This document shows, in pieces, positions 25,981-35,614 of a DNA stretch of 64,000 nt. The notes beneath the pieces were generated by a model that did not search any database, was not told the origin of the DNA, and saw only the letters and a list, made by a program, of their open reading frames with translations. The stretch is from Candidatus Latescibacterota bacterium (GTDB taxonomy: Bacteria > Latescibacterota > UBA2968 > UBA8231). A program made the position numbers and the translations under genes. The stretch spans positions 3,008,001-3,072,000 of the forward strand of contig OZ244561.1 of assembly GCA_965217585.1 (NCBI GenBank). Direction: 5' to 3'. Within the stretch, counting starts at the first letter, position 1. Each line of letters begins with the position of its first letter.

Positions 25981-26008
25981 ATTATAGCCATATAATTTAA
26001 AAAGTCAA
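25981..26008 (-). promoter_or_regulatory. sigma70-type promoter of DUF2089 operon
   Basis: TTGACT-N16-TATAAT in a very AT-rich tract. Confidence 0.7.
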
Positions 26009-26075
26009 TTATTAAATTGATAAAATTAATTTTTAATGATTGGCTCGATTAACTAACTTGGAAAGGATTCGGATG

Positions 26076-27191
26076 CTAGTCTTCCTCCACGGCTGCGGAC
26101 ACCGCGTTGGAAACCCGCCGCAACAGGCTCCCGTTAGCGACCATTTGGTTGGTTAGCACCACGCAGCTTAGCTGGTGCTCTGCGTCCGCCCACGCCACCG
26201 TGCCGGTCGCCCCGGTGTGGCCGAAGGTGTGCGGCGACACCAGATCGCCCCAAAAGGCCCACACCCGCGCCCCGCACACGCCCCACCCAAGGCCCCACGG
26301 CGCGTCGAGCGTCCCGTTCTGGTCCCGCGTCATCGCCGAGACCGCAGCCCGGCTGAAGATGCGCTGGTCGCCGTACGCGCCGCCGTTGAGCATGGTTTGC
26401 AAGAGGATCGCCAGATCGCGTCCGGTGCTGTGCATGCCGCCCCACGGCGCCCCGAAATCGCGCCAGTACGGGGAATTCCATCCCCAGCTCCGCAGTTCTT
26501 CGTCCTCTTCGGTATCTGTCCCGCACCACACGGTGTCCTCGATCGCCCAATCGCCTATGCCCAACGCGCTGCGCTCCATGCCTAGCGGCGCGAAAATTTC
26601 CTCGCGTTCAAAGTCGCGCAACCGCTGGCCGCTGACGCGCTCGACGATCGCGGCCGCCAGCAGGATGCCTTTGCTCTGGTAGCGGAAATCGGTCGCCGGT
26701 TTGTAGAGCAGGGGCGTCTGCATGGCGCGCTCGACAAAGACCTCTACCGGCTCGTGTGCCCGCCGCAGGCTGACATTCTCCGGCAGCATGTCGGGCATTC
26801 CCGATATGTGCGATAGCAGGTGGCGGACCTTGATGTCGGGCCGGTCGCCGCCTGTGAACTGGGGTAGGTAGTCGGCGGCCGGGTCGTCGAGCGAAATTAG
26901 CCCGCGGTCAACGAGAATCATCAGCGCACAAGCTGTGACCGGCTTGGTGATCGACGCGAGGAGAAAGATCGAATCCGCATCGACCGGCTGGCCGGTGTTA
27001 GGTTTCCGCTGGCCGGCCCCGCGTGCGAAGACCTCTTTGCCGTGCCGCGCTACCGTCAGCGAGGCCGCGCTGATCTGGCCTGCTTCGGCAGCAGCCGTGA
27101 GCAGGCCGAAGGCCCGTTCGAGTTGTGCGGCCGACATGCCGACAGCCGCTGGGTCGCCCGTTTGCAAAATCGTTCCGTCCGTTGTCATCAT
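26076..27191 (-). CDS. Serine hydrolase, beta-lactamase class C-like
   Basis: ASITK (SxxK), YQS, LLSHISG, FGHTG. Confidence 0.88.
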   Translation of the reverse strand: MMTTDGTILQTGDPAAVGMSAAQLERAFGLLTAAAEAGQISAASLTVARHGKEVFARGAGQRKPNTGQPVDADSIFLLASITKPVTACALMILVDRGLISLDDPAADYLPQFTGGDRPDIKVRHLLSHISGMPDMLPENVSLRRAHEPVEVFVERAMQTPLLYKPATDFRYQSKGILLAAAIVERVSGQRLRDFEREEIFAPLGMERSALGIGDWAIEDTVWCGTDTEEDEELRSWGWNSPYWRDFGAPWGGMHSTGRDLAILLQTMLNGGAYGDQRIFSRAAVSAMTRDQNGTLDAPWGLGWGVCGARVWAFWGDLVSPHTFGHTGATGTVAWADAEHQLSCVVLTNQMVANGSLLRRVSNAVSAAVEED

Positions 27192-27253
27192 GTGCTCCTT
27201 TTCGCGAGTACTCTATCTGCATGGATGTGAGCTTCGGATATACAAAGTGCTCC

Positions 27254-27979
27254 TCAACCGACTAATTCGACCACTTCCCTTAACCCGGCTACCACTCGCA
27301 CCCCGTCCTCCGTCCATTCTGGCTCTGCCGGAGAGCCATCCGCGCCGAGCGATCGCTGAATCAACACCGGTCGCAGCCCCGCTGCCCTAGCTCCTGCTAT
27401 GTCGTCTTCCGGTGAATCGCCGACGAAGAGCGCCTCGTCCGTCGTCAACCCGGTCTGCTCCAGGGCCGGGGCAAAGATCGCCGGGTCGGGCTTTTTGACG
27501 CCGACATCGCCGGAGACTACTACTACGTCAAAAAAGGGGCGCAACGCCAGCTCGTCTAGCAACCGATGGACGTGCGGCGGATGGTCGAAGTTGGAGATCA
27601 GCGCCAGCTTGTAGCGGCCTTGCAGCTCGCCGAGCACGCTTTTGGCCTCTGGGTCGAGCGGCGTGTGTGCGTGCCACGCCGCCACGCTCGCCGCGCTGGT
27701 CCGCCGCAATTCCTCCAACTCCAATTCCAAGCCTAGCTCTAAGCCCAACTCGCGGATGCGACGCTCGTACACGGTTAGCCCGTCGTCCTGTACTGGCGGC
27801 TCGGGTTGGAGCAAGAATTCCTTACATACTCGGATCAACGTTTCGTCATCAAACGCACGGCCACTAGCGACCAACTCGCGGCGTATGGCATGGAACCAAC
27901 TCTCTCCCGCAGCTTCCATATTGCCGTAGCACAACAAGGTGCCGTAGAGATCGAAGAATACTCCTCGTATTTCAGCCAT
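27254..27979 (-). CDS. HAD superfamily hydrolase
   Basis: FFDLYGTL, ISN, KKPDP, VGDS..DD. Confidence 0.88.
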   Translation of the reverse strand: MAEIRGVFFDLYGTLLCYGNMEAAGESWFHAIRRELVASGRAFDDETLIRVCKEFLLQPEPPVQDDGLTVYERRIRELGLELGLELELEELRRTSAASVAAWHAHTPLDPEAKSVLGELQGRYKLALISNFDHPPHVHRLLDELALRPFFDVVVVSGDVGVKKPDPAIFAPALEQTGLTTDEALFVGDSPEDDIAGARAAGLRPVLIQRSLGADGSPAEPEWTEDGVRVVAGLREVVELVG

Positions 27980-28039
27980 TGATGGTCTTTCTAATTGGCT
28001 TAGGGCGGACTTGCCCACGTCCTGCAACGAGCGGCGCAA

Positions 28040-28675
28040 TCACAACCGTTTCCCCACCCACAGAGCACCTCGGCGCACCACTTCCTGGAAGGAGGGGTTT
28101 TCCAGCACCGCCTTATCGTGGCCCAAGGCAAAGAAGAACACTCGGCCCTGACCATAAGTGTGGTGATAGGCCATGACGTGGGTCTCGTCGCGACCGGGGT
28201 CATAGGCGTGCATGAGGTGATGCGAGCGGCTGGGGTCGTGCTTGAGGTAGTGCAACTCGTCGGTCACGGCAAAGTCTTTAAGGCCCGCGGCAATGGGGTC
28301 GTCGGGGTCGGAGATGGTGACGGTGAAATCCATGTACGGGCTGTGGCCGTCGAAGAAGCCGTTGAGCATTTGGTGATAGCCGGCGTTGTCGCGGAAGGAG
28401 GCGTCTGCGGTATGCAGGCCAAAGAAGCCGCCGCCGCGTTCGATAAAGTGCAAAAGCTCCTGTTCTTGGGCTTGGGTGAAGTGGCCGACATCCGTGAAGA
28501 AGAGGGTGGCGTCGTACGCGTTAAGGCCGCTGGCCATAATCTCGTAGTCGCGCGAGAAATCGGCCTCGATCTGGGCGTCTTGGTTCAGCAGGTCGGTCAG
28601 AAATCGGCCTTGGCCTTCGTGGTCGTGGTAGATGCCTTCGGTGCCGACGAATACTAAAAGTTTAACGGGAGCCAT
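28040..28675 (-). CDS. ThuA-like (class I glutamine amidotransferase-like) protein
   Basis: GGGFFGLH, DELHY, GQGRVFFFALGH. Confidence 0.85.
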   Translation of the reverse strand: MAPVKLLVFVGTEGIYHDHEGQGRFLTDLLNQDAQIEADFSRDYEIMASGLNAYDATLFFTDVGHFTQAQEQELLHFIERGGGFFGLHTADASFRDNAGYHQMLNGFFDGHSPYMDFTVTISDPDDPIAAGLKDFAVTDELHYLKHDPSRSHHLMHAYDPGRDETHVMAYHHTYGQGRVFFFALGHDKAVLENPSFQEVVRRGALWVGKRL

Positions 28676-28710
28676 GGCGAGTTTCTCCTTTTGTTATTGG
28701 GTTAGTTGGG

Positions 28711-28783
28711 AGCGGCGGTAGAGGAGGTAGTACCAGAGTCCACGCGAGCGGCGACCAGACTTGGGACGCGGGAATGTGCCCCA
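28711..28783 (-). pseudogene. Remnant of 3' part of ABC-2 permease 33781..34575
   Basis: 28752-28783 matches 33880-33911 at 31/32 nt; 28737-28749 matches 33853-33865. Confidence 0.75.
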
Positions 28784-28785
28784 CA

Positions 28786-29832
28786 TCAAGCCCAGCGGAT
28801 TGGGACCTCCAAATCTCGGGCTAGTTCGTCCACTTGGTCGGCTAAGGTGGCTTCAAGGGCAATGCCGTGTTTTAGGTAGTCGGCGCGCCGCTGGTAACTG
28901 CCTTCGCCCGGCCACTGCACGGGGCCCTGCTCGGGTGCTGCTTCCACCGATTTAATATGGGCCTTCAGATCGGCGCTGCGGTCGTGTAGCCAGTCGCCAA
29001 AGGGCTTGAGGGCGATAAAGCACTTGGTGGAGCCGCCGGCCGAATCCGTTGGCCGGCCCTCGGTGCCCTGCTCAAAAGCGAGGAGGCTGCCGGCCAGCCC
29101 AGCCGTGAGCAGATCGACCATAAAGGCAAGTCCTGAGCCTTTGTGCTGACCCATGGGCAAAAAGCGCCACGATTGCAGCAAGTCACTCGGATCTGTAGTG
29201 GGCCTTCCGCGCTCGTCCAAGCCCCAACCTTCGGGGACGCTGCGTCCGGCGGCCTCGGCTTGGCGCACGCGGCTTATGGAGGATTGGGTCATGGCCAAGT
29301 CGAGGACCACAGGCTCGCCGTCGGCCGTGGGAATGCCAATGGCGAGGGGATTGTTGCCTAGGGAAGGGACGCGCGTGCCCCAGGCGGGAAAGTTGGCGAA
29401 CGCGTTGGTGAAGGCTAGGCCGACCAGCCCGGCGCGGGCGGCCCGCAAAGCGTAGCTATGCCCGCGCCCCCAGTGCCCGACGTTGCGGACGACGCAGGTG
29501 CCCACGCCGTATTGTTGCGCTCGTTCGAGTGCCCAATCCATGCCCTGCGCCGAAGAAAAGCGGCCAATGCCTCCGCCGACATCGATCAGCCGGGAGGCTG
29601 GGTACTCGACGATGGTTTCAAAGCGGGGATCGGGCGTCAAAATTCCCTGGCGGATGTAATTGATCGCCGAGGGCAATAAGGCGACGCCGTGGGTGTGGCC
29701 GCCGTGCAGGTCCACTTCAGCGCCGATTTGGGCTTCGACTGCGGCTACGTGCGGCGGCACTCCTACGGCTGCGAGAGCGTCGAGGAAGAATTGTTCTAGA
29801 TCGGTGTGGGCGATGCGCTTGGGCTGGTTCAT
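28786..29832 (-). CDS. Ldh_2 (malate/L-lactate/sulfolactate dehydrogenase-like) oxidoreductase
   Basis: GHTHG, GHWG, LGNNPLA, LDLAM, GQHKGSGL; ATG overlaps mazF stop (TAATG). Confidence 0.88.
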   Translation of the reverse strand: MNQPKRIAHTDLEQFFLDALAAVGVPPHVAAVEAQIGAEVDLHGGHTHGVALLPSAINYIRQGILTPDPRFETIVEYPASRLIDVGGGIGRFSSAQGMDWALERAQQYGVGTCVVRNVGHWGRGHSYALRAARAGLVGLAFTNAFANFPAWGTRVPSLGNNPLAIGIPTADGEPVVLDLAMTQSSISRVRQAEAAGRSVPEGWGLDERGRPTTDPSDLLQSWRFLPMGQHKGSGLAFMVDLLTAGLAGSLLAFEQGTEGRPTDSAGGSTKCFIALKPFGDWLHDRSADLKAHIKSVEAAPEQGPVQWPGEGSYQRRADYLKHGIALEATLADQVDELARDLEVPIRWA

Positions 29833-30179
29833 TATTGGCCCGGATTGTACAGGCAGGCGTCTAGGAGGCTTAAAACTTCGTCGAGCACTGCTCCGGGGGC
29901 CTTCCCAACGAACTTTACTTTGCGGCTTGCGTAATCGACGGATTTGATCTGTTCGACCATGATATACCCCGTAAGGGATGATTCGCTTGGAATTTCCACG
30001 TGAAAGGGGATATTCCTTTTTGTCTTGGTTATCGGGCACACCATGGCAAGACCGGTGTGCCTGTTGAACAGAGTGTTGCTGACTACCAATGCGGGACGTC
30101 GCCCTTTTTGCTCGTGTCCCGCCTGTGGATCAAAAGTCAAAATCACGAAATCCCCTTTCTGCGGAATATAACGGGGCAT
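29832..30179 (-). CDS. mazF: MazF/PemK toxin endoribonuclease
   Basis: FDPQAGHEQKGRRPALVVS, CPIT. Confidence 0.93.
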   Translation of the reverse strand: MPRYIPQKGDFVILTFDPQAGHEQKGRRPALVVSNTLFNRHTGLAMVCPITKTKRNIPFHVEIPSESSLTGYIMVEQIKSVDYASRKVKFVGKAPGAVLDEVLSLLDACLYNPGQ

Positions 30180-30425
30180 TTACCAGACTTCCTTCCCAAT
30201 AGGCCCGTCCCAATCCAGTTCTTCAACTCGGTACTCTTTGGGCATCTTTGACAGCAACTCCTGCAAATCATATCTCCCGCGAACTTTAGTCGTAGCCTCA
30301 ATTATAATTCGTCCATTTTTGACGGAAATATCCACTTCGTCGCCCACGTTTAGCTGCGCTTCTTGGAGGATGGTCTTGGCCAACCGAAGCCCTTGGCTGT
30401 TTCCCCATTTCTGTATTGTAGTCAA
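30180..30425 (-). CDS. mazE: MazE/AbrB antitoxin
   Basis: QKWGNSQGLR...E.W; GGAGG RBS before TTG at 30425. Confidence 0.92.
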   Translation of the reverse strand: MTTIQKWGNSQGLRLAKTILQEAQLNVGDEVDISVKNGRIIIEATTKVRGRYDLQELLSKMPKEYRVEELDWDGPIGKEVW

Positions 30426-30451
30426 CTTGGCTAACCTCCTCATAAGGTGAT

Positions 30452-30471
30452 GTATATCCAAAGTATATCCC
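30452..30471. promoter_or_regulatory. Putative mazEF operator (GTATATCC direct repeat)
   Basis: GTATATCC-AAA-GTATATCC just upstream of the RBS. Confidence 0.5.
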
Positions 30472-30548
30472 GTGAGAAGCCGAAGGGCAAGGTGGTCTGT
30501 TAGCGGCCCTGGCGGCAAAGTCCACAGGTCGCGGAGAGAACGCGCCCG

Positions 30549-30590
30549 TCAGCCTCCCGTAGAGCGATAGTGCCGCACGCCCACTTACCA
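30549..30590 (-). pseudogene. Remnant 3' end of ABC-2 permease 32973..33776
   Basis: Closely matches 32973-33014; encodes VGVRHYRSTGG*. Confidence 0.8.
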
Positions 30591-31814
30591 GCCGCGCACC
30601 ATATAGGCCTGCAACACGCCACTTTCATCGGAATTGAAGAAGCCCGATCCGCCATCCGGCGAGAGGAAAGGATGGATGTGGGTGTCCTTCTGCCAGGACG
30701 ATCCGGGGTCCACGATCTTCCGCGCATTCGCGAGCGCGCCGTCCTCTTCCTCGGGAAGGTCGAACAGCCAGACCGCGCCGCCCCCGTCTTTCGGGCCCGC
30801 ATCCGCGATCAAACGGGTCCCGTCTAGGTCCGTTGCGAAATGCCAGAAATCGGGCCCGGCAAAGGAGCGGGACAGGTCGTTGCGCCAGCCGCCCGGCGTG
30901 CTGATGCCTTCATCGCCGACGTGCGCTACCGCCCTGCCCGAGATGAGCTGTCTTTCGTCCGGTTTGCGCGTCGAGGTGCTGGTGATGGCAATGTCGCTTC
31001 TTCCCTGCCAGCACTGATGACCCTGACAGAACTCGTTCCCATCCCTGCCCCAGGGGAAGTCGCGCAGCTTTGTGCCATCGTCCCGGATCAGGTGGATGTC
31101 CGCGCCCAGTCCGCTGACGAGCTTTTCCACCCTGCCATCGGCGGCAATGATATTCCCGTGATTTTCTTGGATCATGATGTCGTGGGAAGCCACGGGGTCC
31201 GTTTGACGCGTGTACTGCGGGTGCAGGTTGCACCAGGTGGGACCGTGCAAGACCAACCGTACGGAGGGCTCTTCAATCTCGAAGACGAGCAGACCCCAGG
31301 GTGCTTCTGCGCTGTTGCCGTCCCCGAGAAATCCCGAGATGGCGATGCGCCCGCCATCGGATGAAATCGTCGAAAGCGGATACGGTCGGCTCAGCCTGAA
31401 ATCGGTCTCTGGAATCGCGTGATCTAGGACGTAGACGATCTCGCGTTCAGACCCATCCAGCCCGACCCGCTTCAGCGTCAGTCGTCCGCCTCCTCCGGGC
31501 TCTGTTTCATTGACGAAGTAGTACAGGTGGGCACCATCTGGTGAGATAGACGGCCCCGTCGTTCCACGCTCGGTGGTGATCGGCGTTAGGCTGCAATTGT
31601 CTTCCAAGTTGCAAACCAGAAACTGGTGCTCGGGGTCCTGCGGATCAGAGCCGTGAGGATGCGCTGAGCGGTGGAGGATCAGCCGCTGTGAATCGGGCGT
31701 GAAGATCTGCGCCTCCATATAGACATGCGATGAGGGAATCGACTCAGCCGTGAGCTGAATGACTTTTAGATTGTCCCGCTCGGTCTCGGGGACGAGGTCA
31801 GGTCGGACTTTCAT
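30585..31814 (-). CDS. Oligogalacturonate lyase-like beta-propeller protein
   Basis: VIQLT, FTPDS, NLHPQY, GHQCW, HIHPFLSPDG...FNSD. Confidence 0.7.
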   Translation of the reverse strand: MKVRPDLVPETERDNLKVIQLTAESIPSSHVYMEAQIFTPDSQRLILHRSAHPHGSDPQDPEHQFLVCNLEDNCSLTPITTERGTTGPSISPDGAHLYYFVNETEPGGGGRLTLKRVGLDGSEREIVYVLDHAIPETDFRLSRPYPLSTISSDGGRIAISGFLGDGNSAEAPWGLLVFEIEEPSVRLVLHGPTWCNLHPQYTRQTDPVASHDIMIQENHGNIIAADGRVEKLVSGLGADIHLIRDDGTKLRDFPWGRDGNEFCQGHQCWQGRSDIAITSTSTRKPDERQLISGRAVAHVGDEGISTPGGWRNDLSRSFAGPDFWHFATDLDGTRLIADAGPKDGGGAVWLFDLPEEEDGALANARKIVDPGSSWQKDTHIHPFLSPDGGSGFFNSDESGVLQAYMVRGW

Positions 31815-31827
31815 TCGCTTTTATTCC

Positions 31828-32808
31828 TCACTCCTTAACGACCGGGTACATGGCCGCAATGTGCTCCGGCCCTGAGGCGCAGCAGCCGCCGATGATCCGG
31901 GCACCCATCCGCTTCCACTCGCCGGCAAACTCCGCCATGCGGGAGGGGTAGTAGTCGGCATTTTGCAGGATGTCCACGCTGGCACTGGGTTTTTGGTTCG
32001 TGAGCGTCGGTCTGTTGGCAAGGGGGCCGGTCGGGTTGTAGCCGAGGTTGGGGTACGCGCCGACGGGGCCGGCAAACGCCTCCCGGAGTATGGGGAGACC
32101 GACGGAGATGTTTTCCGGGTTGCTGCACATGAGCAGGACGGCATCGACGGGATGGCCTTCGAGGGCGCTGGCGAGATCAATCAGGCTCTCGCCATACTGC
32201 ATTGCGCCGTCGTCTTGGATGTGCCGGACTCCGAGGAAGACCGGCACGCCCGCCTCGGCACAGCCGTCGACAGCCTCGACGCAGTCCTCGATGAAGCCGA
32301 CGTACTCGGCTAGGATCAGGTCGGCGCCCTCGTCGGCTAGGAGCCTGGCGTGGTCGGCCCACTCCCTGCGGTACGCCTCGAGACCCAAGGCGCAGGCGTC
32401 TGAGACCAGGCTGGTAGGTGACATCGCTCCCTGGAGGCTGGGGGCGGCGATACCGCCGGCGACGTACGCCTCCTGGCGCATGGCGTTGCGGGCCTCGACG
32501 GCGTTGCGGATCGCGGCGGTTGCATAGGTGCGCCAGGCGTGGCGCTCACCGATAGAGTCGAGCCGGGTAGGCGTCGTCCAGAAGTTGTTGCTGGTGATGA
32601 TGTCGGCCCCGACGCGGAGGTAGTCTGAGTGCACCTGCTGGACCACGTCGGCATACTCGAGGTTCGCCGTTGCCGACCACGCCTTGAGTCGGTCTTCGGC
32701 ATCTTTGAGGACATCGGCTCCGCGACGCTGCAACTCCGAGCCGGTCCCACCGTCCAGCAGAAGCGCATCGCCGTTGTGGAGCTGCTGAGAGATAGTGTGT
32801 GCGGCCAT
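31828..32808 (-). CDS. Homocysteine S-methyltransferase family protein
   Basis: LLDGGTGSEL, GADII, MCS, YPN, IIGGCC. Confidence 0.9.
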   Translation of the reverse strand: MAAHTISQQLHNGDALLLDGGTGSELQRRGADVLKDAEDRLKAWSATANLEYADVVQQVHSDYLRVGADIITSNNFWTTPTRLDSIGERHAWRTYATAAIRNAVEARNAMRQEAYVAGGIAAPSLQGAMSPTSLVSDACALGLEAYRREWADHARLLADEGADLILAEYVGFIEDCVEAVDGCAEAGVPVFLGVRHIQDDGAMQYGESLIDLASALEGHPVDAVLLMCSNPENISVGLPILREAFAGPVGAYPNLGYNPTGPLANRPTLTNQKPSASVDILQNADYYPSRMAEFAGEWKRMGARIIGGCCASGPEHIAAMYPVVKE

Positions 32809-32972
32809 TTGGTCTCCTCACTGCTAATTAGCCTTGCCCTGCCATGGGAGGGCAATCGAATACGCGCAGCATAGAAGGTAAATGTCTGCCGGATCGCATC
32901 AAGGCAAATGAGATACCTCGGCAGGTGCCGCAGCCAACCCGACCGTCGGAGCCGATTGTTCGGCGGCACTAG

Positions 32973-33776
32973 TTAGCTCCCCGTAGAGCGGTAGTGCCGC
33001 ACGCCCACTTGCCAGATGTGCAGACAGATGACAAAAAAGAGCAGGCCCACGATCGGGGCTAGCCATTGGAATAACGGGCCTGAACCCAAGGGGTCGGGGC
33101 GCTCCAGAATCCCCAAGGCCGGGTAATAGCTGACGCAGGCGAGGGGGATGACGTAGGTGAAAAAGCGGCGGAACCACGTGCGGTAAATCGCCAGTGGGTA
33201 CTGGGCTGTCTCCACGCCGCCGTAGGTTACGGTGTTGACGATTTCTAGGCTTTCGGTAGTCCAAAAAGCCAGCGTCGCCTGCAGCACTATGAGGCCGTAA
33301 AACAGGCAAGCGCCACCGAGGACGGTGAGCAAGGCGAGGAGTAGCTTGTCCGGCGTCCAGGCCAAGTCTAGGGCATGTGAGGCCCACAGCAGGACGACCA
33401 AGCCCTGGATGAGGCGGCCGATGCGCTTGAGGGTGAGTTCTTGTCCGGCTAGTTGCAAGGCCGTACTGCGGGGGCGCAATAACAGGCGGTCGAAGTCGCC
33501 GCTTTTGACCGTGGAGGCGAACAAGTCAAAGCCGCGCGAGAAGGCGTCGCACAGGGCAAAGGCGATATTGATCAGGCCGTAAAAGAAGGCTACTTCGGGC
33601 AGGCTCCAAGTGTCGAGGGCGGCGAAGCGGTCGAAGAGCACCCAGATGCCCAAGAATTCCAGGCCGGTCATTAGGCCGTGGCCCACGGACAGCATGACAA
33701 AAGAGGCCCGGTACTGCATTTGGCTGCGGAAGGAGATGTCGATATAGCGGCCGTATAGGCGCAGTCCGTCGAGCAC
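32973..33776 (-). CDS. ABC-2 family (DUF990) permease
   Basis: QYR, GDFDRLLLRP, YPLAIY, RHYRSTGS. Confidence 0.9.
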   Translation of the reverse strand: MLDGLRLYGRYIDISFRSQMQYRASFVMLSVGHGLMTGLEFLGIWVLFDRFAALDTWSLPEVAFFYGLINIAFALCDAFSRGFDLFASTVKSGDFDRLLLRPRSTALQLAGQELTLKRIGRLIQGLVVLLWASHALDLAWTPDKLLLALLTVLGGACLFYGLIVLQATLAFWTTESLEIVNTVTYGGVETAQYPLAIYRTWFRRFFTYVIPLACVSYYPALGILERPDPLGSGPLFQWLAPIVGLLFFVICLHIWQVGVRHYRSTGS

Positions 33777-33780
33777 GGTT

Positions 33781-34575
33781 TCAGCCTCCTTGGACGACCA
33801 AGCGGCGGGTGCCGCGATAGAGGAGGAAGCGGCCCAACCCCACCAGTGCTATAGTCCACGCGAGCTGGTGCCCCACCACCGACCAGACTTGCGACGCGGG
33901 AATGTGCCCCATGTAGAGGCGGAAAGGGGTGTCGGCCAAGCCGCGGAAAGGCATGAAGTCGAGTATGGGTTGGAACGCGTCGGGAAACAGCGGCAAGGGG
34001 ATCACCATGCCCGAAAAAACGTAGATGCATATCCCGAGCATTTGAATGGTGCCCTCTCCGGCGATGGTCCACAACAAGGAGACGTTGACCAAGTTGGACA
34101 GGGCTCCGCCTAGGAGGATAGCGCCCACTGTGGCCAAAGCCCAAGCCGCAGCCGCAGCTGGGGACGCGGGAGCTTGTAGGCCGAAGAAGAGCAAGGCTAG
34201 GCACAACAACGGCAAGGAGCGCAGCAGGGCGGGGGCGATGCGGGTGGCGAGGGCGCGGCTGTACCAAAAGGCGTACAGATCAACGGGCCGCACCAGTTCA
34301 TAGGCCACCGTGCCTGTCCGCACCATAGTGCGCACGTCGTTGTCGGGATTCCAAGGCAAGAGGGCGAACAGGGCCTGACCAAGCCAGACATAATTGACCA
34401 CCTCGGCGTAAGTCATGGGCTGCGCTTGGGTCGCCGTGCGATAGAAGGCTTCGAAGATCATCACCCGAATGAGCCCCCAAAATAACTGTGTGCTCATGCC
34501 GGCGAGGGCCGCGGCCCGGTACTGCAGCAACATGCGGATGCGGGCGCTGAGGACGGCCAGATAGGGCCGCATCAA
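33781..34575 (-). CDS. ABC-2 family (DUF990) permease
   Basis: [24 protein letters not shown] end. Confidence 0.9.
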   Translation of the reverse strand: MMRPYLAVLSARIRMLLQYRAAALAGMSTQLFWGLIRVMIFEAFYRTATQAQPMTYAEVVNYVWLGQALFALLPWNPDNDVRTMVRTGTVAYELVRPVDLYAFWYSRALATRIAPALLRSLPLLCLALLFFGLQAPASPAAAAAWALATVGAILLGGALSNLVNVSLLWTIAGEGTIQMLGICIYVFSGMVIPLPLFPDAFQPILDFMPFRGLADTPFRLYMGHIPASQVWSVVGHQLAWTIALVGLGRFLLYRGTRRLVVQGG

Positions 34576-35552
34576 GGGCGGTCCCGATAGAGTTGGGCGA
34601 TGACTTCCTCAATGGGTGGGTTTTCCACAAAGAGGTCGCGCACCTCGTGGCGGGCGGTGATGCGGCTGATGAGGGCCGGGGCTGAAATGCGTTCGGGTGC
34701 AAAGCTGAGATGCACCCGGGGGCCGTCGCGCTGCACGACGCGAGCGGCCTCGTCTTCGATGATTGCCGCGGGATCGACCAGATCGACGATGAGGCGGCGC
34801 TCGGACGAGACGCGGGTGCGCAAATCGGCGAGGCTGCCGTCGGAGAGGATGGTGCCGTCGCCGATGACCATGATCCGGTTGCACAGGGCTTCGATATCGT
34901 CCATGTCGTGGGTGGTCAGGATGACGGTGGTGCCCTCTCGGCGGTTGAGTTCTTTGATGAAATCGCGCATCGCCAATTTGGCAACCGCGTCGAGGCCAAT
35001 GGTCGGCTCGTCCAAAAAGAGCAGGCGCGGGCCGTGGAGCAGGGCCGCCACCAGATCGCAGCGCATGCGCTGGCCCAAGCTGAGTTGGCGCACGGGCACG
35101 TCGAGGAAGGAAGAAAGTTCCAACATGGCGATGAGCGCGTCGCGCCGGCGGCGGTAGGCATCGGCGGGGACTTTGTAGATGTCGCGCAGCAGATCGAAGG
35201 ACTCAATGGCCGGCAAGTCCCACCACAACTGGGTGCGCTGGCCGAAGACCACCCCAATGCGGCTGACGTGGCTAATGCGGTCCTGCCAAGGGACGCGACC
35301 TTGGACCTCGCAGCGCCCCGAATCGGGCACGACGATGCCGGAGAGGATTTTGACCGTGGTGGATTTACCAGCGCCATTGGGGCCGATATAGCCGACCAGT
35401 TCGCCGACTTCTAGGGAGAAAGAAATGCCGTCCAACGCCCGAATGGTGCGGTGCGAGCGCTGCACAATGCCCCGGAAGGCACCCCAAAGGCCGGGGCGGC
35501 GCTCGGCAATGCGGTAGGTTTTGACTAGGTTTTCAACGACGATTTGGGGCAT
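34572..35552 (-). CDS. ABC exporter ATP-binding protein
   Basis: [18 protein letters not shown]. Confidence 0.93.
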   Translation of the reverse strand: MPQIVVENLVKTYRIAERRPGLWGAFRGIVQRSHRTIRALDGISFSLEVGELVGYIGPNGAGKSTTVKILSGIVVPDSGRCEVQGRVPWQDRISHVSRIGVVFGQRTQLWWDLPAIESFDLLRDIYKVPADAYRRRRDALIAMLELSSFLDVPVRQLSLGQRMRCDLVAALLHGPRLLFLDEPTIGLDAVAKLAMRDFIKELNRREGTTVILTTHDMDDIEALCNRIMVIGDGTILSDGSLADLRTRVSSERRLIVDLVDPAAIIEDEAARVVQRDGPRVHLSFAPERISAPALISRITARHEVRDLFVENPPIEEVIAQLYRDRP

Positions 35553-35581
35553 GAATACTAAATAACGAGTACTAGTGTAAC

Positions 35582-35608
35582 AGGAGCCATTTGGGGGTTG
35601 CTCCTTTT
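35582..35608. terminator. Hairpin between AhpD-like gene and ABC operon
   Basis: AGGAGC...GCTCCT stem with adjacent T run. Confidence 0.4.
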
Positions 35609-35614
35609 ATCGGA

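Noticed and set aside
32925-32969. attC-like site (GCCGAAC...GTTGGCT on minus strand)
   Set aside because: Only about 33 nt between cores, too short for attC; no integron integrase or second site; more likely a plain hairpin
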